Origin: an uncultured archaeon
GTDB taxonomy: Archaea > Thermoproteota > Nitrososphaeria > Nitrososphaerales > Gagatemarchaeaceae
DNA length: 64,000 nt
Assembly (NCBI GenBank): GCA_963817525.1
Contig: CAWFOU010000001.1
Location: forward strand, 128,001-192,000
Direction of reading: 5' to 3'
The position numbers were made by a program, and so were the translations under genes. The notes under the pieces are model-generated. The model worked only from the letters and a program-made list of their open reading frames with translations. It was not told where the DNA came from and ran no database searches. Below, piece after piece: positions 18,712-28,034 of the stretch (position 1 is its first letter; every line of letters begins with the position of its first letter).

Positions 18712-19644
18712 GTGAGTAGGGACGCCTGGAAAGGCAGAGACGTCATCAGCATCTTGGACTTTTCGCGCTCTGAACTCGAGTCGCTCTTTGCCTCGGCGGA
18801 CGAGTTCGTGGGGCCCCCAAAGCCCCGGAAGGACCTCGCGGACTACATCGTGGCGACCGCCTTCTTCGAGCCCAGCACGAGGACCAGGCTGAGCTTCACG
18901 ACGGCGGCCCTGAGGCTCGGTGCGAAGGTGATAGACCTCTCGCCTGACGTCTCCTCCATCCTGAAGGGCGAGAGCCTCCACGACACCACGATGATGCTCG
19001 AAGGATATTCCGACCTGATAGTGATGAGGCACCCCTCGGAGGGGGCCGCCCTCCTCGCAGCCGAGCTCAGCTCGGTCCCGGTCGTGAACGGCGGGGACGG
19101 CTCGCAGCACCACCCCAGTCAGGCCATGCTCGACCTCTTCACGGTCAGGAGGCTGAAGGGACGTATAGACGGCCTGACCTACACGGTGCTCGGCGACAAC
19201 AGGTATGCTAGGAGCGCGACCTCCTTCCTGTACGGATTGACCAAGTTCAAGCCAAAGATGGTCTACGTCGTCTCCCCCGAGACCCTGCGCCCCCGCGACG
19301 AGATCATCAAGCAGCTGAAGGGGCTGGGGCTCCGCTTCGAGCAACGCTCCGACCTTGAGGAGGTCATCCAGAGCACCGACGTGCTCTACCTGACGAGGAT
19401 CCAGAAGGAGAGGTTCCCCGACCCCAACGAGTACGAGAAGGTGAAGGGGAGCTACAAGCTCACCAAGGAGATACTGGCGAAGGGAAGGCCTGGCATGATA
19501 GTCCTCCACCCCCTTCCTCGCTCCACGGAGCTGCCCTATGAGATCGACTCGGCAAAGTCGGCGGCCTACATGACCCAGGCGCACCTGGGCGTCCCGCTCA
19601 GGATGGCGCTCCTCCTCAAGGTGATCGGCGGAGGCAGGGCTTGA
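18712..19644 (+). CDS. pyrB: Aspartate carbamoyltransferase catalytic subunit
   Basis: Motifs FFEPSTRTRLSF, HPSQ, RIQKERF and HPLPR; GTG start inferred. Confidence 0.97.
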   Translation: MSRDAWKGRDVISILDFSRSELESLFASADEFVGPPKPRKDLADYIVATAFFEPSTRTRLSFTTAALRLGAKVIDLSPDVSSILKGESLHDTTMMLEGYSDLIVMRHPSEGAALLAAELSSVPVVNGGDGSQHHPSQAMLDLFTVRRLKGRIDGLTYTVLGDNRYARSATSFLYGLTKFKPKMVYVVSPETLRPRDEIIKQLKGLGLRFEQRSDLEEVIQSTDVLYLTRIQKERFPDPNEYEKVKGSYKLTKEILAKGRPGMIVLHPLPRSTELPYEIDSAKSAAYMTQAHLGVPLRMALLLKVIGGGRA

Positions 19645-20159
19645 TGGGGGCCACCACGGGGACCCGGAAAGGCCGGAGGCCCGAGAACGACGACAAGACC
19701 ACCATGCTCGTCAGGAAGATACCCGACGGCAGCGTCATCGATCATATAGCCGCGGGCAAGGCCCTCTCGGTCCTCAGGCTCCTGGGCGACCCCCAGGAGA
19801 ACGGCTTCACCATCGCGATGGTGATGAACGTCAGCAGCTCAAAGATGAAGCGGAAGGATATCGTCAAGGTCGAGGGGATGGAGGTCTCCCCGGAGCAGGT
19901 CCAGCGCCTTGCGCTGATAGCCCCACGCGCGAGCGTGAACATCGTGCGCTCGTACCGGGTGGTGGCGAAGCGGAACGCAGTCCCTCCGCGCACACTGAGG
20001 GGTATCCTGAGCTGCACGGCCCCGACCTGCGTCTCGGTCCGCGAGAAGGACTCCGCGCCCTCGATCTTCTTCCTCTCCGGCAGGTCTCCCCTAAGATACC
20101 GGTGCAAGTACTGCATGAGGGAGCTCACGGAGAAGGAGATATCGTCCCAGCTTGGCTAG
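19641..20159 (+). CDS. pyrI: Aspartate carbamoyltransferase regulatory subunit
   Basis: Motifs G.VIDHI and KDIVKVEG; Zn ligands C....C and CKYC. Confidence 0.93.
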   Translation: MMGATTGTRKGRRPENDDKTTMLVRKIPDGSVIDHIAAGKALSVLRLLGDPQENGFTIAMVMNVSSSKMKRKDIVKVEGMEVSPEQVQRLALIAPRASVNIVRSYRVVAKRNAVPPRTLRGILSCTAPTCVSVREKDSAPSIFFLSGRSPLRYRCKYCMRELTEKEISSQLG

Positions 20160-20586
20160 CGGCCGCATCAAGACGAGGGTCTTCACAACCGGGGTGGTGC
20201 TCAACCGCGGCAGGCTCCTGATCCTGAAGCGGAAGGAGGACGACGACTCCTACCCTGGGGTCTGGGACTGCGTCGGCGGGCACTTCGAGAAGGGCGAGTC
20301 GGCTGAGGAGTGCGTGCACAGGGAGGCCACGGAGGAGAGCGGGCAGCCCATGGAGATAGTCAAGCTCGGCCCCCTCATAGAGTACCTCGACTCCTATGGC
20401 AGGGCGGTCGCCGTCCCCTTCGTCCTCAGGCCCGACCCGAAGAAGGGGATCTTCCCTTCGGAGCACTCCGAGTACAGGTGGATCAAGCTCAGCGAGGTGA
20501 AGGACTATGAGATCGTCCCCGACCTCGCCAAGGCGCTCCTCCTCTTCGGGCTCCTCAAGGGGAGAGCAGCGCGTCCTCGGTCCTGA
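20152..20586 (+). CDS. NUDIX hydrolase
   Basis: Nudix box GGHFEKGESAEECVHREATEESG. Confidence 0.9.
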   Translation: MASGRIKTRVFTTGVVLNRGRLLILKRKEDDDSYPGVWDCVGGHFEKGESAEECVHREATEESGQPMEIVKLGPLIEYLDSYGRAVAVPFVLRPDPKKGIFPSEHSEYRWIKLSEVKDYEIVPDLAKALLLFGLLKGRAARPRS

Positions 20587-21817
20587 CGTTCCGCTCTTTG
20601 TAGAGCTGGACGAAGTAGTACACGTTCAGCAGCCAGAAGATAGACGCGAAGAAGAACAGCAGGAAGTTCCTCTCCGGGTTTATCGCGGAGATGATGTTGG
20701 CCTCGATGGTCAGGATGTGCGGGTACACGGGCGCGACATACCTGATGAGCAGGACGTCGTTCGTGACGTGATACGACAGCACGGCCACGATCGACGCGAA
20801 GACCAGGTTCCTCCTCTGGGGGCTCCACATCGCCACGTCGATCAGGGCCAGCGCGAAGAGGTAGAGCGCGTACTGCTCGTTGACCTGACCCCTCAGCACG
20901 AGGAACGTCACCGTGATCAGGATCATGGACTGGACGAGCCCCCGCTCCGTGTCGAAGCCGAACCACCTCCAAGCCGCGAGGGTGGCGAGCGCCACCCCGG
21001 CCACCCAGATGTAGCCGCCCCAGACGTTGAAGAAGTTGAGCGAGGAGTTGGGGATCCAGCCTATCGTGTTGAGGTAGAACATGACCTCCCACGCGGAGAG
21101 GGAGAACCTCCCGGTCTGGAGGGTGCTCTGCATCGTGCTTCCGAAGACCGAGAGCGACCAGCCCGTCGCGTAGACTATGGCCAGGCTCAACAACACGGGT
21201 ATCCCTATCGCGAGGGCTAGGTTCCTCAGGGGCTTGGGGCCTCTCGAGAGCGGGATCGCGTAGATGACCGGGATGGACTTTGCGAAGGTCGCCACCCCCG
21301 CCCACATTCCCCTGTATGCCCCCGGGCGCGCCGTGAGGGCGAAGACCACGAAAAGTATCGCGATGGAGTCGAACATCCCCCAGATCGACGACACGATTAT
21401 CATGAAAGGCGTGAAGAGCCAGACCTTCAGGACGAACGAGGCTTTGTCCGAGCCTCTCCTGTCCACGTATCGGAACAGGTAGTAGGCCACGCCCACGTCG
21501 CTGAATATCACTGGCTGCTTGAGCAGGAAGTAGTAGAGGAATCGGGTGGGCGAGCCCACGAGAACGTAGAGCTTGTAAAGCCCCCCCGCCACGAGGGGCC
21601 AGAAGGGGAGGTAGCCGATGGCGGCCCCGAAGCTGTATCCAAAATCATTGGCGAAGCTCACCCCGGGCGCGGGCGGCATGTCGCTGTACGGGCTGACGCC
21701 ATGCGCGACCCAGTAGCCCGTCCTCACCCATATCTCAAAGTCGAAGGGGTGGCCCGTCCAGAAGCTGAAGGCCTCTCGCACCAGGAGCCCGACAAGGAGA
21801 AGGTCTCGTGTCTTGAT
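20555..21817 (-). CDS. GT-C fold membrane glycosyltransferase (GT87/PIG-M-like), paralogue 1
   Basis: Multi-TM; motifs GH.FD, Y.PFW, WG.FD and VNEQY; start inferred at ATC 21817 (first canonical codon is GTG 21781). Confidence 0.72.
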   Translation of the reverse strand: MKTRDLLLVGLLVREAFSFWTGHPFDFEIWVRTGYWVAHGVSPYSDMPPAPGVSFANDFGYSFGAAIGYLPFWPLVAGGLYKLYVLVGSPTRFLYYFLLKQPVIFSDVGVAYYLFRYVDRRGSDKASFVLKVWLFTPFMIIVSSIWGMFDSIAILFVVFALTARPGAYRGMWAGVATFAKSIPVIYAIPLSRGPKPLRNLALAIGIPVLLSLAIVYATGWSLSVFGSTMQSTLQTGRFSLSAWEVMFYLNTIGWIPNSSLNFFNVWGGYIWVAGVALATLAAWRWFGFDTERGLVQSMILITVTFLVLRGQVNEQYALYLFALALIDVAMWSPQRRNLVFASIVAVLSYHVTNDVLLIRYVAPVYPHILTIEANIISAINPERNFLLFFFASIFWLLNVYYFVQLYKERNVRTEDALLSP

Positions 21818-21931
21818 TTTCCCTTCCGCCTCTACTTCCCCTGCAGAGTCGGTCGCCTACTTATTTTATCCCCCTTGGCCCGGCTTCGCAAAGCGAAGGA
21901 AGAGTTGTAAGGATGCCCTCCCATCACATGC

Positions 21932-23197
21932 TCATGGCCGGGGAAGGGAGTCTTCGGTCCTGGCATGCCTCTCCTTCGACAGCGAGAAGAAATAGTAGAT
22001 GTTAACCGCCCAGAACGCAACCGCCTCCAGCAACAGCGCGTCGATCCTCAGCGTGCTCACCTTGGCGATGAGGTCAGATTCCACCGTCAAGGCCTGGTGA
22101 AAGAGCGGGCTGGCGTACCTTATGAACAGGAAGTCGTTGGTACCGTTGAAAATGAGCACAACAGCCATTGAGGCAATCACGAGGTTCCTCCTCTGTGGGC
22201 TCCACATGCCTACGTCGATGAGAGCGAGGGCGACAAGGTAGAGCGCGTACTGTTCGTTCACCGCCTCTCTGAGCAGCAGGAAGGTCAGAGTGATCAGCAG
22301 AAGGGACTGCACGAGCCCCCTCTCTGTGTCGAACCCGAACCACCTGTACGCGAGGACGATTGCAACCGGGACCGCCACAATCCAGACATATCCCGCGAAC
22401 CAGAAGAGGCCGAGGGCGGAGTTGGATATCACGCCGAGGCTGTTCAGATAGTATAGCGTCTCCCATAGCGAGAGCGACGAGCCGCTCTTCGCAACGGTGC
22501 TTGCCACAGAGCCCCCGACGACCGAGACCGGCCATCCCATGATCCAGATTATCAGCAGGCTAGCCATGATCGGGATACCGAAGGCGAGGACGAGGTTCCT
22601 GAGGGGCTTCGGGCCCCTCGAGAGGGGGATAGCGTAAATGACCGGGATTGACTTTGCGAATGTGGCCAGTCCCGCCCAGATCCCCCTGTATGCGCCGGGC
22701 CTGACGGTGAGGGCGAAGACCACGAAAAGTATCGCTATAGAGTCGAACATCCCCCAGATCGCCGACACCACTATGGTGTAGGGCGAGAAGAGCCATGCCT
22801 TCAGGACGAACGAGGCTTTGTCCGAACCTCGCCTTTCGACGTATCGGTAGAGGAAATACGCGACGAGGACGTCGCAGATGATGGCGGGCTGCTTGAGAAA
22901 GAAGTAATAGACAAACGGACTGGGCGAGCCGATCAGCGCGTAAAGGTCGTATAACCCCGCCAGGAGGATGGGCCAGAACGGCAAATAGCCGATCGCGGCG
23001 GAAAACGTGGAACCCGGTACGAAGTCGTTCGCGAAGCTCACTCCGGGCGCGAAGGGGAGGCTGGCGTAGGGATTGTAACCCCTCGCGACCCAGTATCCCG
23101 CCCTCACCCAGATCTCAAAGTCGAAGGGGTGTCCTGTCCAGAAGCTGAACGCCTCTCGGATCAAGAGCCCCGCTAGAAGAAGGACCGGTATCTTGAT
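21932..23197 (-). CDS. GT-C fold membrane glycosyltransferase (GT87/PIG-M-like), paralogue 2
   Basis: Tandem paralogue of the previous gene with long identical blocks; start inferred at ATC 23197 (first canonical codon is TTG 23164). Confidence 0.72.
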   Translation of the reverse strand: MKIPVLLLAGLLIREAFSFWTGHPFDFEIWVRAGYWVARGYNPYASLPFAPGVSFANDFVPGSTFSAAIGYLPFWPILLAGLYDLYALIGSPSPFVYYFFLKQPAIICDVLVAYFLYRYVERRGSDKASFVLKAWLFSPYTIVVSAIWGMFDSIAILFVVFALTVRPGAYRGIWAGLATFAKSIPVIYAIPLSRGPKPLRNLVLAFGIPIMASLLIIWIMGWPVSVVGGSVASTVAKSGSSLSLWETLYYLNSLGVISNSALGLFWFAGYVWIVAVPVAIVLAYRWFGFDTERGLVQSLLLITLTFLLLREAVNEQYALYLVALALIDVGMWSPQRRNLVIASMAVVLIFNGTNDFLFIRYASPLFHQALTVESDLIAKVSTLRIDALLLEAVAFWAVNIYYFFSLSKERHARTEDSLPRP

Positions 23198-23299
23198 TGC
23201 CCCTTGCCTCCTCTTGTCTCCTGCACATCCTTCAACCTACTTATCGCTTCGGGCGCGTCTTCACGGCTGCTCCTTCGTGATTGGAGGACCCGTAGCTCC

Positions 23300-24250
23300 A
23301 TGAGGCTTGCGGGATCGCGCCCTGCCCGGTGGCTAATCCTAATAGCACGTGGTCGGTCCTCTCCATCGTCGATGTTCAGCTGGGGATACGCGCGGCGCGC
23401 AGTAGAAACGGCGGTCCGCAACCCCAGCGCCCTCATGTCCCTCTTAGGGGGCGGGGACCCTGGAGAGGTCATCTACAACAAGCGGATGGGCGAGTGGCTG
23501 GTCACGAGGAAGGAATACCTTCTCGGGCCCAAGGCTACTTTCGGCTTCAAGATCTTTCTCAATCCGGACGACATGTCGCAGACCTCCGCGCTGATCGCGG
23601 CGAGCGGTTGGCTGAATCTCCCGGTAACCTGTCTCCTGTTGGATCTGCTCAAGCCTGGGATGAACGTGGTCGACGTAGGCGCAAACCTCGGATTCTATGC
23701 CCTCCTCTCCGCGAAGGCCGTCGGAAAGACCGGTCGGGTCTGGGGCTTCGAACCCGAACCGCACAATTTCATGTTGATGACAAAGTCGATCCAAGCCAGC
23801 CGCTTCGAGAACATCGAGCCGATCCACATGGCCCTCTCCGACGAAGCGGGGCAGGGGAGGCTTTACCTGGCTCCCCCCTCGGAGCCAAATGCTCACACAC
23901 TGACGCGGGACAGGGGCTTGGGGTCTATCGACGTCCCAGCCGCGTCGCTGGACGAATTCTGGCGGGCGCGCGGCGCCGGTCGGCTGAATCTCCTAAAGGT
24001 GCACGTGTTCGGAGACGAGCCCATCGTCCTCCGAGGCTCGATGAGAGTCTTGCGCGAGTCGAGGCCGATGGTGCTCACCCGTTTCGGGTCCTCAAGGTGG
24101 AGCGACGACCCCGGTCTGATAGACGACCTCTTCTCCTGGTACAACGTATACGAGATAGTGGAGTCGCCTTCGCTCATAAGGCCGATTGCAAAGTCCATGC
24201 TAGCCACGGGAGGTCGCAGGGGGATCTTCCTCTTTCCCAAGCGAGGATGA
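23300..24250 (+). CDS. FkbM-family SAM-dependent methyltransferase
   Basis: Motifs VVDVGANLGFY and FEPEP.NF; start uncertain (23300 or 23372). Confidence 0.8.
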   Translation: MRLAGSRPARWLILIARGRSSPSSMFSWGYARRAVETAVRNPSALMSLLGGGDPGEVIYNKRMGEWLVTRKEYLLGPKATFGFKIFLNPDDMSQTSALIAASGWLNLPVTCLLLDLLKPGMNVVDVGANLGFYALLSAKAVGKTGRVWGFEPEPHNFMLMTKSIQASRFENIEPIHMALSDEAGQGRLYLAPPSEPNAHTLTRDRGLGSIDVPAASLDEFWRARGAGRLNLLKVHVFGDEPIVLRGSMRVLRESRPMVLTRFGSSRWSDDPGLIDDLFSWYNVYEIVESPSLIRPIAKSMLATGGRRGIFLFPKRG

Positions 24251-24343
24251 ATCCCCACGGAAATTCCGTAGCGCCGGAGTCGGTCGAATGTCGAATGGAC
24301 AAACTCTTAACTTCGTCCTTCGTTTCTTTCCCTACTGGCCAAA

Positions 24344-25504
24344 TTGCAGAGCGGGGAATATCTCCGGCTCCGGACGGTAGGAAGAAAGACGGGTAACCCC
24401 CACGACGTGATTGTCCGCTATCTGACAATGGACGGAAAGATAATCGTCTTCCCACAGAATACGGGCCGACAGGATTGGGTGGCAAACCTCGAGAACAACC
24501 CGAAGACCGAGCTCTTCACCGCTGATTTTACGGTAAAAGGGACGGCTAAGATCAAGCAGATCACAGGTCTGAATGATCCGCTCCTCTCAGCCTTCACCAG
24601 GAAATATGGAGAGAGGGATGTGCGGAAGCGCTACTGGGGTCAGCATCGGTACGCCGAGATCGAGATAACGTCAAGTTCCAACTCCCTCGACTACGCTCAG
24701 CTGGTCTACGCTGAGCTGGAGGCGGCGTTTGACGGAGTCGCCGAGAACTACGACCACCACATAATGGACAACGAGATGAACCTCTGGCTGAGAAACCGTT
24801 CAGTGAGCCTGTTGAAGCGATGCTTCAAGCCGGGCGAGAGAGTCCTCGAGGTCGGGTGCGGGACGGGGACGGAGACCCTTTCACTCGCCCAGCACGGTGT
24901 CTCAGTGATAGCATCCGACGTCTCCTCAAAGATGCTCAAGATCCTTTCAAAGAAAGCTTCGACGTTGATGTTGGACGGCCGGGTTGAGACCTTGCACGCA
25001 AGGCCATACGAGCTTAGGGAGAAGATGAGATCGGCGGGCGTCGACGAGGTAGACGGAGCGTATTCCACCTACGGCGCGATAAACACGGATCCGCTCCTGC
25101 CGCAGTTGTTCAGGGACCTGGCCTCCATGATAAAGCCGGGAGGCATTCTCATCCTTGGCGTGTGGAACAAGTATTGCCTGTCCGAGATTCTCGGATACAC
25201 GCTTCGCATGAAGCCCAGCTTGGTCGTAGCGCGGATAAGAAACCCGGTGCCGGTGGGAAAGTCGCGCTTTTGCATAGCCTCGAACGCGTACGACGTCGGG
25301 GCGATCAGATCGTTCATGAAAGGATTTTTCGAGGTGAAGGAAGTGCGCGGAGTGGAAATCTTTCTACCTCCTTCGAACCTAGTCCACTACCTCCCTCCGG
25401 AGCCGCTGAGGGGGGTGCTCAAGCGATTGGACACAAGCCTCGAGGGGCACTATCCCTGGAACAGGCTGGGCGACCACTTCCTACTCGTCTGCCGGCGCGT
25501 CTAG
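24344..25504 (+). CDS. Fusion of a Ddn/DUF385-like split-barrel domain and a class I SAM methyltransferase
   Basis: N-terminal L.TVGRKTG..H and DW..NL..NP; C-terminal FD.VA..YD, VLEVGCGTG and D.S..ML. Confidence 0.78.
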   Translation: MQSGEYLRLRTVGRKTGNPHDVIVRYLTMDGKIIVFPQNTGRQDWVANLENNPKTELFTADFTVKGTAKIKQITGLNDPLLSAFTRKYGERDVRKRYWGQHRYAEIEITSSSNSLDYAQLVYAELEAAFDGVAENYDHHIMDNEMNLWLRNRSVSLLKRCFKPGERVLEVGCGTGTETLSLAQHGVSVIASDVSSKMLKILSKKASTLMLDGRVETLHARPYELREKMRSAGVDEVDGAYSTYGAINTDPLLPQLFRDLASMIKPGGILILGVWNKYCLSEILGYTLRMKPSLVVARIRNPVPVGKSRFCIASNAYDVGAIRSFMKGFFEVKEVRGVEIFLPPSNLVHYLPPEPLRGVLKRLDTSLEGHYPWNRLGDHFLLVCRRV

Positions 25505-25929
25505 CATCCTCGTGCATTGGGCAGGTCCTCCCTGCTCGACCTCGCAAGGTCGGCCTCCACGGGCGTGAGCCTGAGGGAACGGATCTTCGGGTCGGAATAC
25601 CACTCCTTGACGGTCGGGATGCCGTACTTTTTGGCAAAGAGTCCTTTGACGAGATCCAGGTCGTAGAATCGTTCTGCGGCCACGGTCTCCGCGCGGTCGC
25701 CTGCCGCTAGCCTCCCGCTCTTGCTCGCCAGGGCGTTGGCGAACCAATCGCTCCTGCCTCCTCCGCCCATCACAAAATACGCGCCCTCGTGGAAGACGAA
25801 TCTAACGACCACCGCGTGTTTGCGGCGGCTGGTCCTCCCGACGGTGACGAAACTGATCGTGTGAGCCTCGGCCGCGGATGCCGCACCGTGTCCGTCTCCT
25901 CTCGGCGGCATCTCTCCATCCGTGACCAC
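25501..25929 (-). CDS. Stand-alone Ddn/DUF385-like (nitroreductase/quinone reductase family) protein
   Basis: Motifs TVGRTSRRKH...RF, SDWFANAL and F..KYG; homologous to the N-terminus of the convergent fusion gene. Confidence 0.65.
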   Translation of the reverse strand: MVTDGEMPPRGDGHGAASAAEAHTISFVTVGRTSRRKHAVVVRFVFHEGAYFVMGGGGRSDWFANALASKSGRLAAGDRAETVAAERFYDLDLVKGLFAKKYGIPTVKEWYSDPKIRSLRLTPVEADLARSSREDLPNARGC

Positions 25930-25946
25930 CCTTCTCCTCCGCCGTC

Positions 25947-26882
25947 CTACGCTTGCTCCGACAGGTCGCCGTACATCGTCTTGAGCTTCCTGTACCTGTT
26001 GGACTCGTAGATGTAGTGCCCAGAGCCGATTCTCGTTGTGAAGATCGAGGAGTGGCGCGCGGCCTTGGTGAACTTCCTGTTGAGGGCCCAGGACTTCATC
26101 TTGAGGAAGGAGCCCAGGGTCAGATGGAGAAAGGAGTTCAGGACCACCGAACCCTCCTGCCCCCCTCGTGCGGCCCGAAGCGGCCGCAGGTCGGGGACGG
26201 CGTCGCGCACCCTCATCCTGTAGAACGTCGGGAAGTAGTCCTCCATCCAGGAAGCCTCCGCGAGGAGCGCGCGATAGGCCGTCCCTCCAGAGATCAGCTT
26301 GGCTGTCAGAGCGTCCCGTGCGAAGATGGCGCTCTGCCTCTTCCCGAAGGCCTCACGCGCCCACCTTTCATCCATGATGCAGCTGAAGCAGAGCACCGGT
26401 GCGCCTCTGTTCGCAAGGCGGTGTATCCTAGCCATCAGGATCGCCCTGAGCATGAAAGACCACATGCCATTGGTCGTCGTGACACAGAAGAAGTCTATGT
26501 CATCGTCCTCTCGCGCTGAGAGGAATGAGTTCCCTCCGCTGACCGAGACAAGGAGAGTACCGCCTCTCAGGGCCCCCCCGAACATGCTAGCAATCCTCAG
26601 GTTAGCCGCCGCGCGTTCCCGCTTTTTCAGTTCCTCTTCCACCGCCTGCCTAGGCGTCTCGCCTGAGACCGCGGGCCTTTCTAGGATGTAGCCGGACTCC
26701 AGCTGGAACTTCGACCCCAGCCTTTGGTCGGAATTGAAGGCTCCCTCGAGCTCGAGCTCGCTTGTTTCGATCGCCGCGAGCCCGATGAGCTCGCGGAGGG
26801 TGACCGCCGCCCCGCTCTCCTTCGCGATCCTGCAGAGGGCTTCTAGCTCCCGCTCCTGTCGCTCGGTGAGGGCGGCGCTCAT
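25947..26882 (-). CDS. Pol-beta-superfamily nucleotidyltransferase-like protein
   Basis: SVSGGNS...DDDIDFF resembles hG[GS]x9-13DhD; N-terminal helical/wHTH-like segment. Confidence 0.6.
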   Translation of the reverse strand: MSAALTERQERELEALCRIAKESGAAVTLRELIGLAAIETSELELEGAFNSDQRLGSKFQLESGYILERPAVSGETPRQAVEEELKKRERAAANLRIASMFGGALRGGTLLVSVSGGNSFLSAREDDDIDFFCVTTTNGMWSFMLRAILMARIHRLANRGAPVLCFSCIMDERWAREAFGKRQSAIFARDALTAKLISGGTAYRALLAEASWMEDYFPTFYRMRVRDAVPDLRPLRAARGGQEGSVVLNSFLHLTLGSFLKMKSWALNRKFTKAARHSSIFTTRIGSGHYIYESNRYRKLKTMYGDLSEQA

Positions 26883-26883
26883 G

Positions 26884-27852
26884 CTAACCTTGCTCGTATC
26901 TCTTCCAGACTGCGTGGCCCGCGTTCGAGACGAAGGTGTCCCACAGTGCGCCCGAAAGGGCGAGGAACTCGCCCATCGCCGCCACGGGCAAGACCAGGAC
27001 CCGCTTCGGCCTCTTCGCGAGCATCCTGGTGACGATCCTGAAACTCTCGGCGGGGCTGAAGAACATCATCGTCTCAACCGTCCGTGGGGCCTTGCCCACC
27101 AGCCTCTTCACCTGGATGTGACCGAAGAGGATCCTGCGCCTCTGCCTGATGAGGTCGATCATCCTCCTGGGCACGTCTATGTGCACCACCGCCTCGGGCT
27201 GGAAGGAGATGCGCAGGCCCATCTCTCGGATCCTTCCCGCGATGTACGCGCCGTCGTTGACGACCGCCGTCGGGAGCTCGGGCAGGAGCTCGCTCCGGAT
27301 CACCATGAGCTCGTCCGTCCCGTGGTTCCTCTGCTCACCCTGATAGGGGTCGGAGGAGAGGATGTCGAACGAACTCCACATCATGTCGAGGACGTCGGAT
27401 ATGATGCCCTTGGGCCTCGCGAACACCGGCCGCCCCGAGACGAACCCCACCCACTTGTCTCGCTCTATGCTATTTAGGAGCACGGGTATCGAGGTCGCGT
27501 CGATCATCGCGTCAGCGTTCACGTAGACTAGGAAGTCGCCCTCGGTCTCCCTGAAGATTTCGTTCAACGCGTCGGCCTTCCCGGTCCTCTTCTCGTGCTC
27601 GAGGAGCCTCAGCCTCCGGTCCCTCGCCGCGGCTTCCCTGGCCACACGCAGGGTGCTCTCGGAGCAGTCGCTTGCGACCAGCACGACCTTCCGCATCAGG
27701 AACCCAGGGATCTCGCTAGAGAGGACCATCTGGAGGAGCGGCTTTATCGTCGGCGGCTGCCCGGTCGCGCATATCCCCACCGTGAAGGTGTAGAGCCTGT
27801 GCTTCGACGGCTGGCCTCTTGCCTGTTTGTCACCGACCTTCTCGCTTTGCAT
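26884..27852 (-). CDS. GT2-family glycosyltransferase
   Basis: Motifs GKADALN, VNADA, VNDG and QRRRI. Confidence 0.8.
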   Translation of the reverse strand: MQSEKVGDKQARGQPSKHRLYTFTVGICATGQPPTIKPLLQMVLSSEIPGFLMRKVVLVASDCSESTLRVAREAAARDRRLRLLEHEKRTGKADALNEIFRETEGDFLVYVNADAMIDATSIPVLLNSIERDKWVGFVSGRPVFARPKGIISDVLDMMWSSFDILSSDPYQGEQRNHGTDELMVIRSELLPELPTAVVNDGAYIAGRIREMGLRISFQPEAVVHIDVPRRMIDLIRQRRRILFGHIQVKRLVGKAPRTVETMMFFSPAESFRIVTRMLAKRPKRVLVLPVAAMGEFLALSGALWDTFVSNAGHAVWKRYEQG

Positions 27853-28034
27853 GTTCCGTTGCTCTCTTTCAAGACGTCGGCCCCGCGGGTCCGGCGGCCT
27901 GTCGCCCGTTTCATGAGCTTTGAGCCTGATAAGGGTTTTCAATTCGATTTGACTAGAATGTTGAAAAATCGTTATTATTCCCTCCCACAGTCACTCGGAA
28001 AGCCGCCCGCACTTGCGGGCAGTGGTGAACATAA

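Noticed and set aside
21884-21898. Hairpin CTTCGC-AAA-GCGAAG between the GT-C paralogues as a terminator or ncRNA
   Set aside because: Short 6-bp stem with no U-tract; function cannot be supported
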